A stretch of 64,000 bases of DNA from Chthoniobacteraceae bacterium. Lineage in GTDB: Bacteria > Verrucomicrobiota > Verrucomicrobiia > Chthoniobacterales > Chthoniobacteraceae. The translations under genes were made by a program, and so were the position numbers. The notes beneath the pieces are model-generated. The model saw only the letters and a program-made list of their open reading frames with translations. It was not told the origin of the DNA and did not search any database. Where the stretch lies: contig CANIWM010000012.1 in assembly GCA_947471505.1 (NCBI GenBank), forward strand, positions 15,867 through 79,866, in the 5' to 3' direction. Numbering within the stretch: position 1 is the stretch's first letter; every line of letters starts with the position of its first letter. Below are positions 46,403 to 58,700 of the stretch, in pieces.

Positions 46403-47461
46403 ATGCCTGAACCAACACCACGCCTCCACTCACTCGACGCCCTGCGCGGATTCGACATGGCGCTCATCATCGGTCTCGGCGAGCTGCTTCGCGCCGTGGC
46501 GAAGGCTGCGGGTGCGACGGCGGTCGCCGGGCAGTTTGAGCACGCAGAATGGGAAGGCTTTCGGATCGAAGACCTCATCTTCCCGCTCTTCGTATTCATC
46601 GCCGGAGCCTCGCAGACTTTCTCGCTGCCACGCGCTGCGAGCCAGCTCGGGCGCGGTGGCGCTGCGCTGCGGCTGGGGAAAAGGTGCGCGCTGCTTTTCC
46701 TCATCGGCGTTCTTTATAGCGGCGGGCTCAGCAAAGGCTGGGACAGCGTCCGGTGGCTCGGCGTGCTCCAGCGCATCGCGCTCGCCAGCCTCGGTGCCGG
46801 GCTGCTCTCGCTGTGGCTGAAGCCGCGCGGCCTCGTGGCTGCGGCGGTCGCTCTGCTGGCAGGATACTGGGCGATGCTGACTTTCACGAACGGCGGCACT
46901 TTCGCCGAAGGCGCAAACCTCACGAACCAGTTCGATGCGCGCTGGCTTCCAGGGCGTAAGTATAATGGCGACCACGACCCCGAGGGAATCCTTAGCACAC
47001 TCCCCGCAGTCGCCACCGCGCTGCTCGGCGTGCTGGCCGGGCGTTGGCTGCAAAGCCCCGCAGCGCCCGCACGAAAGGCCGCGATGCTCGCAGTCGCAGG
47101 AGTGGCCATGCTGGCGCTCGGCTGGGCGTGGAGCTGGCAATTCCCGGTGATCAAGAAACTGTGGACTTCCAGCTTTGTCCTCGTCGCGGGTGGATGGAGC
47201 GTGCTCGTGCTCGCGCTCTTTTACTGGCTGGTAGAACTCCGCAACTGGCGCGCGTGGACGACGCCGTTTGTGTGGATCGGAATGAACCCCATCACGCTTT
47301 ATCTCATCGTGAATCTCGTCCCGCTCCGCCCCATCGGCATGCGATTCACCGGCCCTGTTCCAAACAGTTCGTGGGAATGGCTACCGCCCGCCGTGGGCTT
47401 CGCGCTGCTGCTGGCGGTCGCGCGCTTCCTCTACAAGCGCGGCATCTTTCTGCGGGTCTGA
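46403..47461 (+). CDS. acyltransferase-like polytopic membrane protein (DUF5009 / DUF1624, HGSNAT-like)
   Basis: N-terminal LDALRGFDMALIIG motif typical of the family, about 9 TM helices, 352 aa. Confidence 0.6.
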   Translation: MPEPTPRLHSLDALRGFDMALIIGLGELLRAVAKAAGATAVAGQFEHAEWEGFRIEDLIFPLFVFIAGASQTFSLPRAASQLGRGGAALRLGKRCALLFLIGVLYSGGLSKGWDSVRWLGVLQRIALASLGAGLLSLWLKPRGLVAAAVALLAGYWAMLTFTNGGTFAEGANLTNQFDARWLPGRKYNGDHDPEGILSTLPAVATALLGVLAGRWLQSPAAPARKAAMLAVAGVAMLALGWAWSWQFPVIKKLWTSSFVLVAGGWSVLVLALFYWLVELRNWRAWTTPFVWIGMNPITLYLIVNLVPLRPIGMRFTGPVPNSSWEWLPPAVGFALLLAVARFLYKRGIFLRV

Positions 47462-50418
47462 ACTGCGAGAGCCACGGCACCGAGCCCCCCGAGAACGCTG
47501 AGCCAGAGAGCCTTGGTGAGCACGCGCGACCAGTAGGAAAACTCGACGACGTAGCTCCCGGCGGACGGGATGCGCACGCCTCGGAAGGCGTGGTTGACGC
47601 GGAAGGCTTCGGCGGGTTGGCCGTTGAGGGTGACGCGGATGTCGCCGTCGAACCACGCCTCTGTGAGTGCAACGACGCCGGACGCTGGGGCATCGAGTTC
47701 AAAGCGCGTGCTGTTGGTGCGGAGCGCGTAGTTCTTCGCAGCGACGACGGTGCCGCTGCCGTCGCTGGGCGTAGCGTCTTGTATGGCGACGAATGGGCCT
47801 GTGGACTCGTTCACAAGTTGCGCGAAGTCGGCGACGGTGTGGTAGGCGAGTAATCGGTCGGTGAAGAATGCGCGCGGCCATGCGGTGGGGCTTTCCCATG
47901 CTTCGAGGTCGGCGGAAAAAAGGTGGCGGTAGCTGGCGGGCGGCGTCTCTCCGCGCGGGGCGAGGAAGTAGCGGTTATTGAGCAGGTCCGTCCACTTTTG
48001 CGTCGCCTGCATCGTCTCGGTAACGATGAGGGTGCGCCATTCCCATTGGCGCTTGATGCCTGCTGCATCCACGAGTTCGTGGAGCCGCCCGGAGGTCAGC
48101 GCGTCGGCGCTGGAGAAGTGCTCGATGCGGAGCGCCGCCGAGTATCCGGGGATGAAAGCGCCGCCAATTCCATGCACACGCGAGGGCTCGGCGAGCAGCG
48201 GGCGCAGACGCTCGACTGCGGGCGAGGGCACGGTGAAATCGGGCCGTGGCTGAGGGTTCGTCACGTAGTAGTCGAACTTTGTCTCAGTCCACTGCGCGTG
48301 GCGAAAGAGCGCGACGCTCCCGATGACGGCGAGGGTGCAGCTTGGGATAAAAGCGTTCGATTTCACCGCCCACGGCAGCGCCGCGACTGCCGCGAGCAGC
48401 AGCACGGAGCACACGGCGAAGAAGGGGCTCGGCTTGCCGAAGCCGACTGTCGCTGCGAGTTCCGGCGGCATGTTTGCCTCGGGCAACGGCCACATCCAAT
48501 AGACCGCGACGAGTCCCGCGAGCAGCGCGACGTAGAGCACCCACTCGCGGCGGGCGGGCTTTGCGCTCCAGCCGAGCCCGGCAAAGACGAGCGCGTGGAG
48601 CAACAGGATGCAGGAGAACGTGTTCCCGACATGTGAGATGTTCGCGACAAATGGGATGCGCCGAATGACCTCCGCTGGCACGAGCCCGAAGGCCAAAGCG
48701 AACGGCACCACGGACGAAAGCGCCAGCGCCCGGACGAGCGGCGCGCGCCACAGCTCTCGCCAGCGCGCCACGCCGATGAGCACGCCGCCGAGCACGAGCA
48801 CGTTGGCGGAGGGGTCGGTGAACCATTCGCCGAACTTGATGCGCTGGTAGAAGAGATCGTCGAACAAGCCGATGAAGTGCCCGAGCCCGATCTGGAAAAT
48901 CGGCGGCTTTTCATACGTGGTGAACGACTTGCCGAGCGCGTCCAGAAACGTGAGCCAGAACGGGGCATTCACCAGCGCAAACACGAGCCCGCCCGCGCTT
49001 CCGCCCGCAAACCGCCAGCCCCAGCCCGCGCCCCGCTGGAGCAGGATGAGGAGAGCGCCGGTGGTGTTCAGGAAGACGATCAGCATCGCCGATTCTTTCG
49101 CCGTGCCGGAGTGAAACACCGCCGTGCAAGCCAACGCCAACGTCAGCGCCCAGCCTGCGATGCCTCGGCTTCCGCGAGCGGCGGCGATTTGTTGCCAGCA
49201 CAGCAAAATCCACGGCGAGTAGCAAACGGTGATGTTTGCCGGATGGTTAAAGCGATACGCGAAGAACCCGAGGAACGCGGCCCCGAATGCCGCACCCGCA
49301 GCTACCGAGAAACGGCGCGTCGCCGTCCACGCACACAGCCCGATGCCGAGCGCGAAGAGCCAGCGCGCGAGGAGGAACTTCACATCCCAAGCCCACGCCG
49401 CGCCATTCGCCGCAATCGGCAGCCAATTGAGCGGATCGCCCATCATGCTCAGTCCCTGCCCGACGAACGTCGCGCCGCAGGAGTTGTAGCGGTCCCACAG
49501 CGGGAAGTCGCCGCGCTCAAAGACGGCCTCGTGCGCCAGCATCGAGTAGGGCCGATGGCCGACTTGCATCACCACGACATCGGAGCCCTTGAACTCCTCG
49601 GTCTTCGCGGTGGGGATGCCGGGAATCGGCGGCGACTTGCCATAAATCCCGTGCCCGCCCGTGCTCGGGGAGAGGAAACTCTTGCCGAGAAACACAACGG
49701 GGAAACAGGCAAGCATCACCGCCAGCGCCGCGACGATAGCGAGCGATTGAACGGGGCGCGCTTCGGCCCGTCCGCAGAGCGCGAGAATCCGCTGCCACGC
49801 AGCGCCCAGCGCCTGTTCCCAGACATTGCCGATGGCAACCAACAGGAGCGTCAAGACTCCCGCTATCGCCAGCAATCCGCCGACGGAAATTGCTCGGCCA
49901 GACTCAAACGTCATCCCTTTTCCCAAAGTGAGAATGCACCGTGGGGCGGTCGCTTCCGAGCCAGCGTCGGTCCATCCCGATGCGAGCGCCTTCGGCTCGA
50001 AGCCTCGCTCGAATTGCCACGCTTCGGGCGGCGCTTCCCACAGCACATCGCCGTCTTGCGAAATCACCCGCGCCCGCCCGAGCGAGACTTGCGCCGGGCA
50101 GTCCACGACGATGAACCAGAGCTGCGAAAAGGTGCCAGCAGGCAAGCGGTGCCGGAGGGTTTGCGAACCAGCGATCACCTTGCAATCGGAGGTCGCGCGA
50201 TTGCGCATCTCCGGGCCGTTGGCGCTACTCAGAAGGCTAAAGCCCTCGTGCGAAGACCGCACGGGGACTTCCACCCAGACCCAATCTTCGCTCGGCGAAA
50301 ACGGAGGCCATCCGAAGAGCACCGTGAGCAGTACAGCAATGAGCACGCTCGCAGGGAGGAAGCGTTTTAGTTTGGTCGGGCTGAGCATCGGACGGGAGGA
50401 TAGAAGCTCCTGTGCCAT
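47431..50418 (-). CDS. large polytopic membrane protein, YfhO/GT-C-like (putative membrane glycosyltransferase)
   Basis: 995 aa, 12 or more TM helices in the first ~650 aa followed by a C-terminal soluble beta-rich domain, an architecture typical of YfhO-family proteins. Its 3' end overlaps the upstream convergent gene by ~30 nt. Confidence 0.55.
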   Translation of the reverse strand: MAQELLSSRPMLSPTKLKRFLPASVLIAVLLTVLFGWPPFSPSEDWVWVEVPVRSSHEGFSLLSSANGPEMRNRATSDCKVIAGSQTLRHRLPAGTFSQLWFIVVDCPAQVSLGRARVISQDGDVLWEAPPEAWQFERGFEPKALASGWTDAGSEATAPRCILTLGKGMTFESGRAISVGGLLAIAGVLTLLLVAIGNVWEQALGAAWQRILALCGRAEARPVQSLAIVAALAVMLACFPVVFLGKSFLSPSTGGHGIYGKSPPIPGIPTAKTEEFKGSDVVVMQVGHRPYSMLAHEAVFERGDFPLWDRYNSCGATFVGQGLSMMGDPLNWLPIAANGAAWAWDVKFLLARWLFALGIGLCAWTATRRFSVAAGAAFGAAFLGFFAYRFNHPANITVCYSPWILLCWQQIAAARGSRGIAGWALTLALACTAVFHSGTAKESAMLIVFLNTTGALLILLQRGAGWGWRFAGGSAGGLVFALVNAPFWLTFLDALGKSFTTYEKPPIFQIGLGHFIGLFDDLFYQRIKFGEWFTDPSANVLVLGGVLIGVARWRELWRAPLVRALALSSVVPFALAFGLVPAEVIRRIPFVANISHVGNTFSCILLLHALVFAGLGWSAKPARREWVLYVALLAGLVAVYWMWPLPEANMPPELAATVGFGKPSPFFAVCSVLLLAAVAALPWAVKSNAFIPSCTLAVIGSVALFRHAQWTETKFDYYVTNPQPRPDFTVPSPAVERLRPLLAEPSRVHGIGGAFIPGYSAALRIEHFSSADALTSGRLHELVDAAGIKRQWEWRTLIVTETMQATQKWTDLLNNRYFLAPRGETPPASYRHLFSADLEAWESPTAWPRAFFTDRLLAYHTVADFAQLVNESTGPFVAIQDATPSDGSGTVVAAKNYALRTNSTRFELDAPASGVVALTEAWFDGDIRVTLNGQPAEAFRVNHAFRGVRIPSAGSYVVEFSYWSRVLTKALWLSVLGGLGAVALAVQTRRKMPRL

Positions 50419-50445
50419 TTGGGAGTACGGAATCAGTCCACAGTA

Positions 50446-52562
<2,117 letters not shown>

Positions 52563-52587
<25 letters not shown>

Positions 52588-55500
52588 TCCTTGGCCTTTC
52601 ACTCGCTTCGTTTTCCACGCAGGCGGCGATCACTTTTACCGGCGTCGCTGACAAGACGAAGTATATCGACACGCTCACGTTCACCGTCGTTGCCGACAAC
52701 ACGGCGAACACGACCACGACTGCGACGCTCGATGGAGTCTCTCTTCCTGTGGGCGTGGCGAGGACGCTGAACCAGCGGTTCGAGCGGTCCTTCCACCAAA
52801 TCGTCGCCACGAGTCGCGACAACACGACAAATGCGGTCGTCGATACAAAGACCGTCCGCTTTGTCATTCGCGATACGGAGCGTATGGCGGGCAGCGATCC
52901 CGGCTCGGAAGACGGCATCCCGCCGCACACGCCCTACAAGACGGTGAATGACGCGCCGTCGGCCTTTGCCGGGCAGACTTTCAAAGTGATCGCGCCGGCT
53001 GCGTGGCCTGTGAATCTCCCGGTGCCCATGGCCGTGAAACTTGTGAATGGCTCGAACGAAACCGTGCGGCTGAATGGGCTCGTCACGTTCAGCGGATTCT
53101 CCGGCACCACCGCGCAATTGCGTCGCGGATGGGGCTCTGTCGTGGCTCCGGCAAAGACGACCGCAGGCGCGGTTTCCGCAGGTGGTGCAATCGCGGGGCT
53201 CACATCCAGCCCGACGATCAATATCGAAGCGGCACCGGTCTTCACCGATGTCACCGGCACGATTTCGGCAAATACGACGTGGCCTGCAAATTCCCGCATC
53301 AACATCCCGTCAGGCGGGCTCACGGTCGCTGTGGGCGCGACGCTTACCATCGGTGAAGGCACCATCGTGAAAGTCTATACCGGCAACGGAACCGCGGGTA
53401 CTGCGGCGGAAATTACCGTCAACGGCTCGATGCTTATCAACGGCACGGAGACGAATCCCTGCGCGTTTGTCCCCGCCACGCCCGGCGGACTTTGGGGCGG
53501 CATCGAGCTGCAAAACTCCGCCGCGCTCGTTGATGCAAAATGGACGCTCTTTCACAGCTCCGGCGAAGAGCAAAACTGGTTTGGCACCCACAGCGGCTAC
53601 ACCACGCACAAAAACCAGCAGGCACTCTTCATCAACGCCGGCACCCTCGCATCCGGCGCGCTCACAGGCTCCCACGTGAAACTCACCGACTGCTTTTGCT
53701 TCAGCCTTGGCGGTCAATTGATGAACTCGAAAGCCCGCACCTGGGTGGACTTCACCCGCGTACTCGTTCAGCGCGCCGTCACCTGCGGCGAGCAGAACGA
53801 TTGCAAAGTGACCATCGACCGCTCGGCGCTCATGGAATTCCCCGGTGAGACAGAGACATTTGCCGACGCTGATAATGACGCCATCTATCTCACCAGCGGC
53901 GACCTCTCTATCACGAACACCATCATTGGCTTTACCAAGGACGACGGCGTCGATAGCGGCGGTAACGGCGGTGCCAGCCCGTTTGGCACCATCGACCCGG
54001 CGAGCGGCACCACCACCACCCGCTACGTCTCGACGAACAACTGGTACGAAGGCACCTACCACGAAGGCAATTCCCTCTCCGGAACGCGCAATGTGTATTT
54101 CACTGGCTGCGTCTTCCTGAACTGCGGCCAGGGCGTCGAGGACGGCTACAGCTCCTCGGGTACCACCGACGGACCCAATGCCATCGTGGACAACTGCCTT
54201 TTTTCAAACAACATGGTCGGCGTCCGCTGGGGCGATAACTACGGCAACAACTACTCTTACAACGGCTCGATGGAGGTGAAAAACTCCCTGCTCCTCAACT
54301 CCCTCTACAAAGACGCATTCAGCGGCGAATGGAACACCGGCACCGCCCGGGCCTACGATTGGGTTTACGAGACCACGGCGACCAACACGTTCGGAAAACA
54401 ATACTTCAACGTCCACGACAACCACATCTCCCAGCCCGACGCCCTCCATCATCCGACGAACACTACGTGGAACCCTGCAAACCCGGTGCACAACGCGCTC
54501 ATTGAGCCCTTCATGCCCGTGCCCGGCTCGAATGTCGGCGTCGCTATCTCTACCTTCCAGGCAACGCAAAGCGACACCTCGGCCTACGCGGGAACATTCA
54601 CCGTTCGGCTCAGTTCATTCAGTTCAAAGCAAGTCGCAGTCGGCTGGGCCGTCTTCGGAAAAACTGATCCGCTCGCGGAAGCGGAAACTTCGCTCGCCAG
54701 CGGCACGCTCACATTCCTGCCCGGCGACACGCTGGAGACCTTCACGGCGACCGTTGCAACACCGGGCAACTACGGCCTCATTCGCGTGGCGCTGGGAAAT
54801 CCGGTCAATGCGGAAGTCACCGGCGAGCAAGTTTATATAAAGCTTCCGGCGGGTGCTGTCGCGACAAACTACTTTGTCTATGGATCCGGCGGGAAGCCAT
54901 CTACCAGCACTGTTGGGACTCTTGGTTCCGCATGGAAAGCGAAGACGGATTTTACCTCCACCACACTCGCTGCTTTCGTCACAGCTAGCGGCACGACATG
55001 GAAGAATGAAGGCTTCGATGACTCTTCATGGGCCACCATACGAACCCAAACAGGCTTCGGCGACGACGACGAAAACGAGCCCTACACCGTCGTCGATTAC
55101 GACACTGCCACTGTCGGCACTCAAATCGGACCAGCCGTACTATTCCGGCAAACATTTACCGTTCCGTCCGTCGCCGCGCTTGCGAGCGTCACCGGGGAAG
55201 TGAAATCCGATGACGGCGCGGTAGTGTATATCAATGGCACCGAGATATTCCGAAGCCCGAACGTCGCCGCGTCGCTCACCGCCTACGCCACAGTAGGCAT
55301 CGCAAGCGCCCCCGCGGACAATCTTACTGCGGCGCTTACAGTCCCTCTCAACCTGCTGCACAACGGCGTCAACACGATCGCCGTTTCGGTTCACCAATAT
55401 AACAACACCACCAGCGACTCCACTTTTGACCTAAAGCTCACTGGCAGCCCTGCCGTTAGCACGCCTCCGCTCGTGCTCAATTTCGGCAAATCCGGCAGCC

Positions 55501-55643
55501 AGCCGGTGATGTGGTGGTTTGGCCCGAACGACGTCCTCGAACACTCCACCGACCTCACCAACTGGTTCCCTATGCCCGTCACAGGCAGCCCCGTCAGTAT
55601 CGTCCCCAGCGGAACGAAGGAGTTCTTCCGTTTGAAACGGTAG
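52563..55643 (+). CDS. giant secreted protein: right-handed parallel beta-helix region plus C-terminal jelly-roll domain of the type shared with the downstream CotH gene
   Basis: Signal peptide MRSTTLLSILGLSLASFSTQA. Gly/Asn/Thr-rich beta-helix repeats (NNMVGVRWGDNYGNNYSYNGS...). The C-terminal domain contains W..T..GFGDDDE and HQYNNTTSD motifs. Confidence 0.65.
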
Positions 55644-55768
55644 ATCCCGCGAACAGATTGAGGCTTCCGGGGTGCTGTAGAATAAACGAACAGTGACGAA
55701 CAGGTGACGGAATAGAGGTTGCTGGCCGGGGTTCTGTCGGTATGGTTCCACGCCAAACTTCACCCGTC

Positions 55769-58700
55769 ATGATCCAGAAATACCTTAAGATTATCGCGCT
55801 CTTTGCGCTCACGACTCTCGCCTCTGCCAATCCTCTCATCACCGAGTTTATGGCGGATAATAAGGGCTCCATTACTGATGAAGATGGGGCTTATTCGGAC
55901 TGGATCGAGGTCCACAACCCCACGGCCACGCCGATCAATCTGAACAACTATACGCTCACGGATACGCTGAACGATCCAGCCCCGTGGCGCTTTCCGGTTC
56001 AGACGCTTGCGCCGGGAGACTTCATCGTGATCTGGGCGTCTGGTAAGAACCGCTCGACGGCTGGCGCACCGCTCCACACAAATTTTTCACTAGCGAAAGG
56101 CGGGGAGTATTTGGAGCTGGCGCTGAACCCGCTGCCGAGCGGACCGAAGACGGTTTTGCAATCTTGGAACCCGTATCCGTCGCAGGCGGAGAATGAGTCT
56201 TACGGCATTCAATTTACGATCGCGACGCTCGTGGCGCAGGGCGCGTCGTCGAAGTATTTTGTGCCGACGAGTAACAGCGTGGATGCGACTTGGCGGGATA
56301 CAGGCTTTGTGGACACGTCTTGGACGACGGGCACTACGGGCATCGGCTTCGGGCTGCAGGTGCCTGGGATGACGGTGCGGCAGGTTTTTAAAAACGGAAC
56401 GATTGGTGGGCTCACGGATACGGATGCGCTGCTCGCCGCGCCGACGGGATCGCCGTTGATTTTATCGGATACCACGGTCATCGCGCAGACGGTGAACTAT
56501 CTCGGCAACGGCGGCGACGGGCACTATGGCTTGAATGCAGTGCCGCCACTCGGGACGGGAGAGCACTACGTGATGCGGGTGACGGGGACTTTCAGCACAA
56601 CGGCGAGCGGCTACCACACTTTCGGGATTAACTCGGATGACGGGGGACGCATCCGCGTGGATGGCGGCACGGTGATGACGGACGACACTGGGCACGGAGC
56701 AGCGGACCACATGGGGAACGTTTTCCTCACGGCGGGCTCGCACACGTTTGATGTGGTGTTTTTCGAGATGACCGGCGGTGATGAGCTTGAGTTCTACTAT
56801 GCGCCTGGGCTGCTTTCGACGTGGAGCACGACGATGAAGCTCGTGGGCGATACGGCCAACGGCGGCCTAGCCGTCTTTACCACGCCGCCGAGCAACGGGG
56901 GCGGGACGGTGGTGGCGACGAATGTGCAGGGTCCGATGCTAAACTCGCGGACTTCGTGCTACGTCCGCACTCCGTTTACGGCGGCAGGTCCGGGCGCTTA
57001 CACGGCGGCCTCGCTGAAGATGCGCTACAACGACGGGTATGTGGCATATTTGAACGGGACGAAAATCGGGGAGAAAAATGCGCCCGCGTCGCCCGCCTTC
57101 AACTCCGTAGCGACAGCGACGCGGACGGATGCGCAGTCGCTCACGCCGGAGGCGATCAACGTCTCGGCGTATCTGCCGGGTCTCATCAATGGAACAAACG
57201 TGCTGGCGCTTCACGGGATGAATGTCACGGCGGCCAGCGCGTCGTTCCTTATCCTGCCAGAGCTGGTCGTCGGCACAGCCAATCCCGGTGCGCAGAACGT
57301 GTATTATGACCTCGCGAAGACGACGCCGGGCGCGATCAACGGCGCGTATTCTCTGCTCGGGAAAGTCGCGGATACGCAGTTCAGCCATGTGCGTGGCTTT
57401 TATACCTCGCCGTTTAATCTCACGATCTCCTCGCTCACTTCCGGCGCGGAGATTCGCTACACCACGGACGGCTCCACGCCGACGGCCAGCAATGGCACCG
57501 TCTATACTACGCCTATCGCCATCAGCGCCACGACCGTCATCCGTGCGGCTGCGTTCAAGACTGGCTACGAGGCGACGGATGTGGATACGCAGAGCTACCT
57601 CTTCCTCAACGACGTGATCACCCAGTCATCCACCGGCTTGCCGCCCACGAACTGGCCCGCCACCAGCGGCACCGGGCAGGTGCTCGACTACGGGATGGAC
57701 CCGGACATCGTGAACCACACGGACCCGAATCTCGGCGGCGCGACCTCCGTGAAGAACGCACTCACCGCCGTCTCCACGATCTGCGTCACTACCGATTTGC
57801 CGAACCTCTTTAATATGAACGGCGGCACGACCGGCATCTACTCCAACCCCGGCAGCCGTGGCTTCGCGTGGGAGCGGCCTGCATCCATCGAGATGATGAA
57901 TCCGCCCGACGCGCTGCATCCGAACGGGACGAGCGAATTTCAAATCACGGCGGGCATCCGCATTCGGGGCGGCTACTCCCGCTCGACGGACAACCCGAAG
58001 CACGGTTTCCACCTCTTTTTCCGCAACGACTACGGCGATGGGAAATTGAAGTATCCCATGTTTGGGCGGCACGGCACAGAGGAGTTCGACCAGATTGATT
58101 TTCGCACTTCGCAGAACTACTCGTGGAGTTTTGGCGGCGATGGAAATAACACTTTTCTCCGCGAGGAAAGCACGCGCCTCGCACAGCGCGACATGGGCCA
58201 CCAATACGGGCGGCTCCGCTACTTCCAGCTCTACATCAACGGTATCTACTGGGGCCTCTACAACACCGAGGAGCGCACGGAGGCGAGCTTCGGCGAGACG
58301 TATTTCGGTGGCGCGAAAGACGATTACGATGTGGTGAAAGGCGAGCAGGATTCCGGCTACGTCACCGGCGTCACCGATGGGAATCTCACCGCTTGGACGG
58401 ACCTCTGGAACAAGTGCAAAGCCCACCTCGCCAGCCCGACGAACGCGAACTACTTCAAGCTCATGGGCCTCGCCAGCGATGGCGTGACGCCGACTGCGGA
58501 CCCGACACTGCTCGATGTGGACGACATGATCGACTACCTCATGCTCACTTTCTGGACGGGAAATCTGGACGGCACGACGAGCGCATTTCTTGGCAACAAC
58601 AACGCGAACAATTGGTTCGGGATGCGCAATCGGCTCGGCACGAAAGGCGGCTTTCACTTCATGGCGCACGACTTCGAGCACACGTTCTTCAACGTGAACG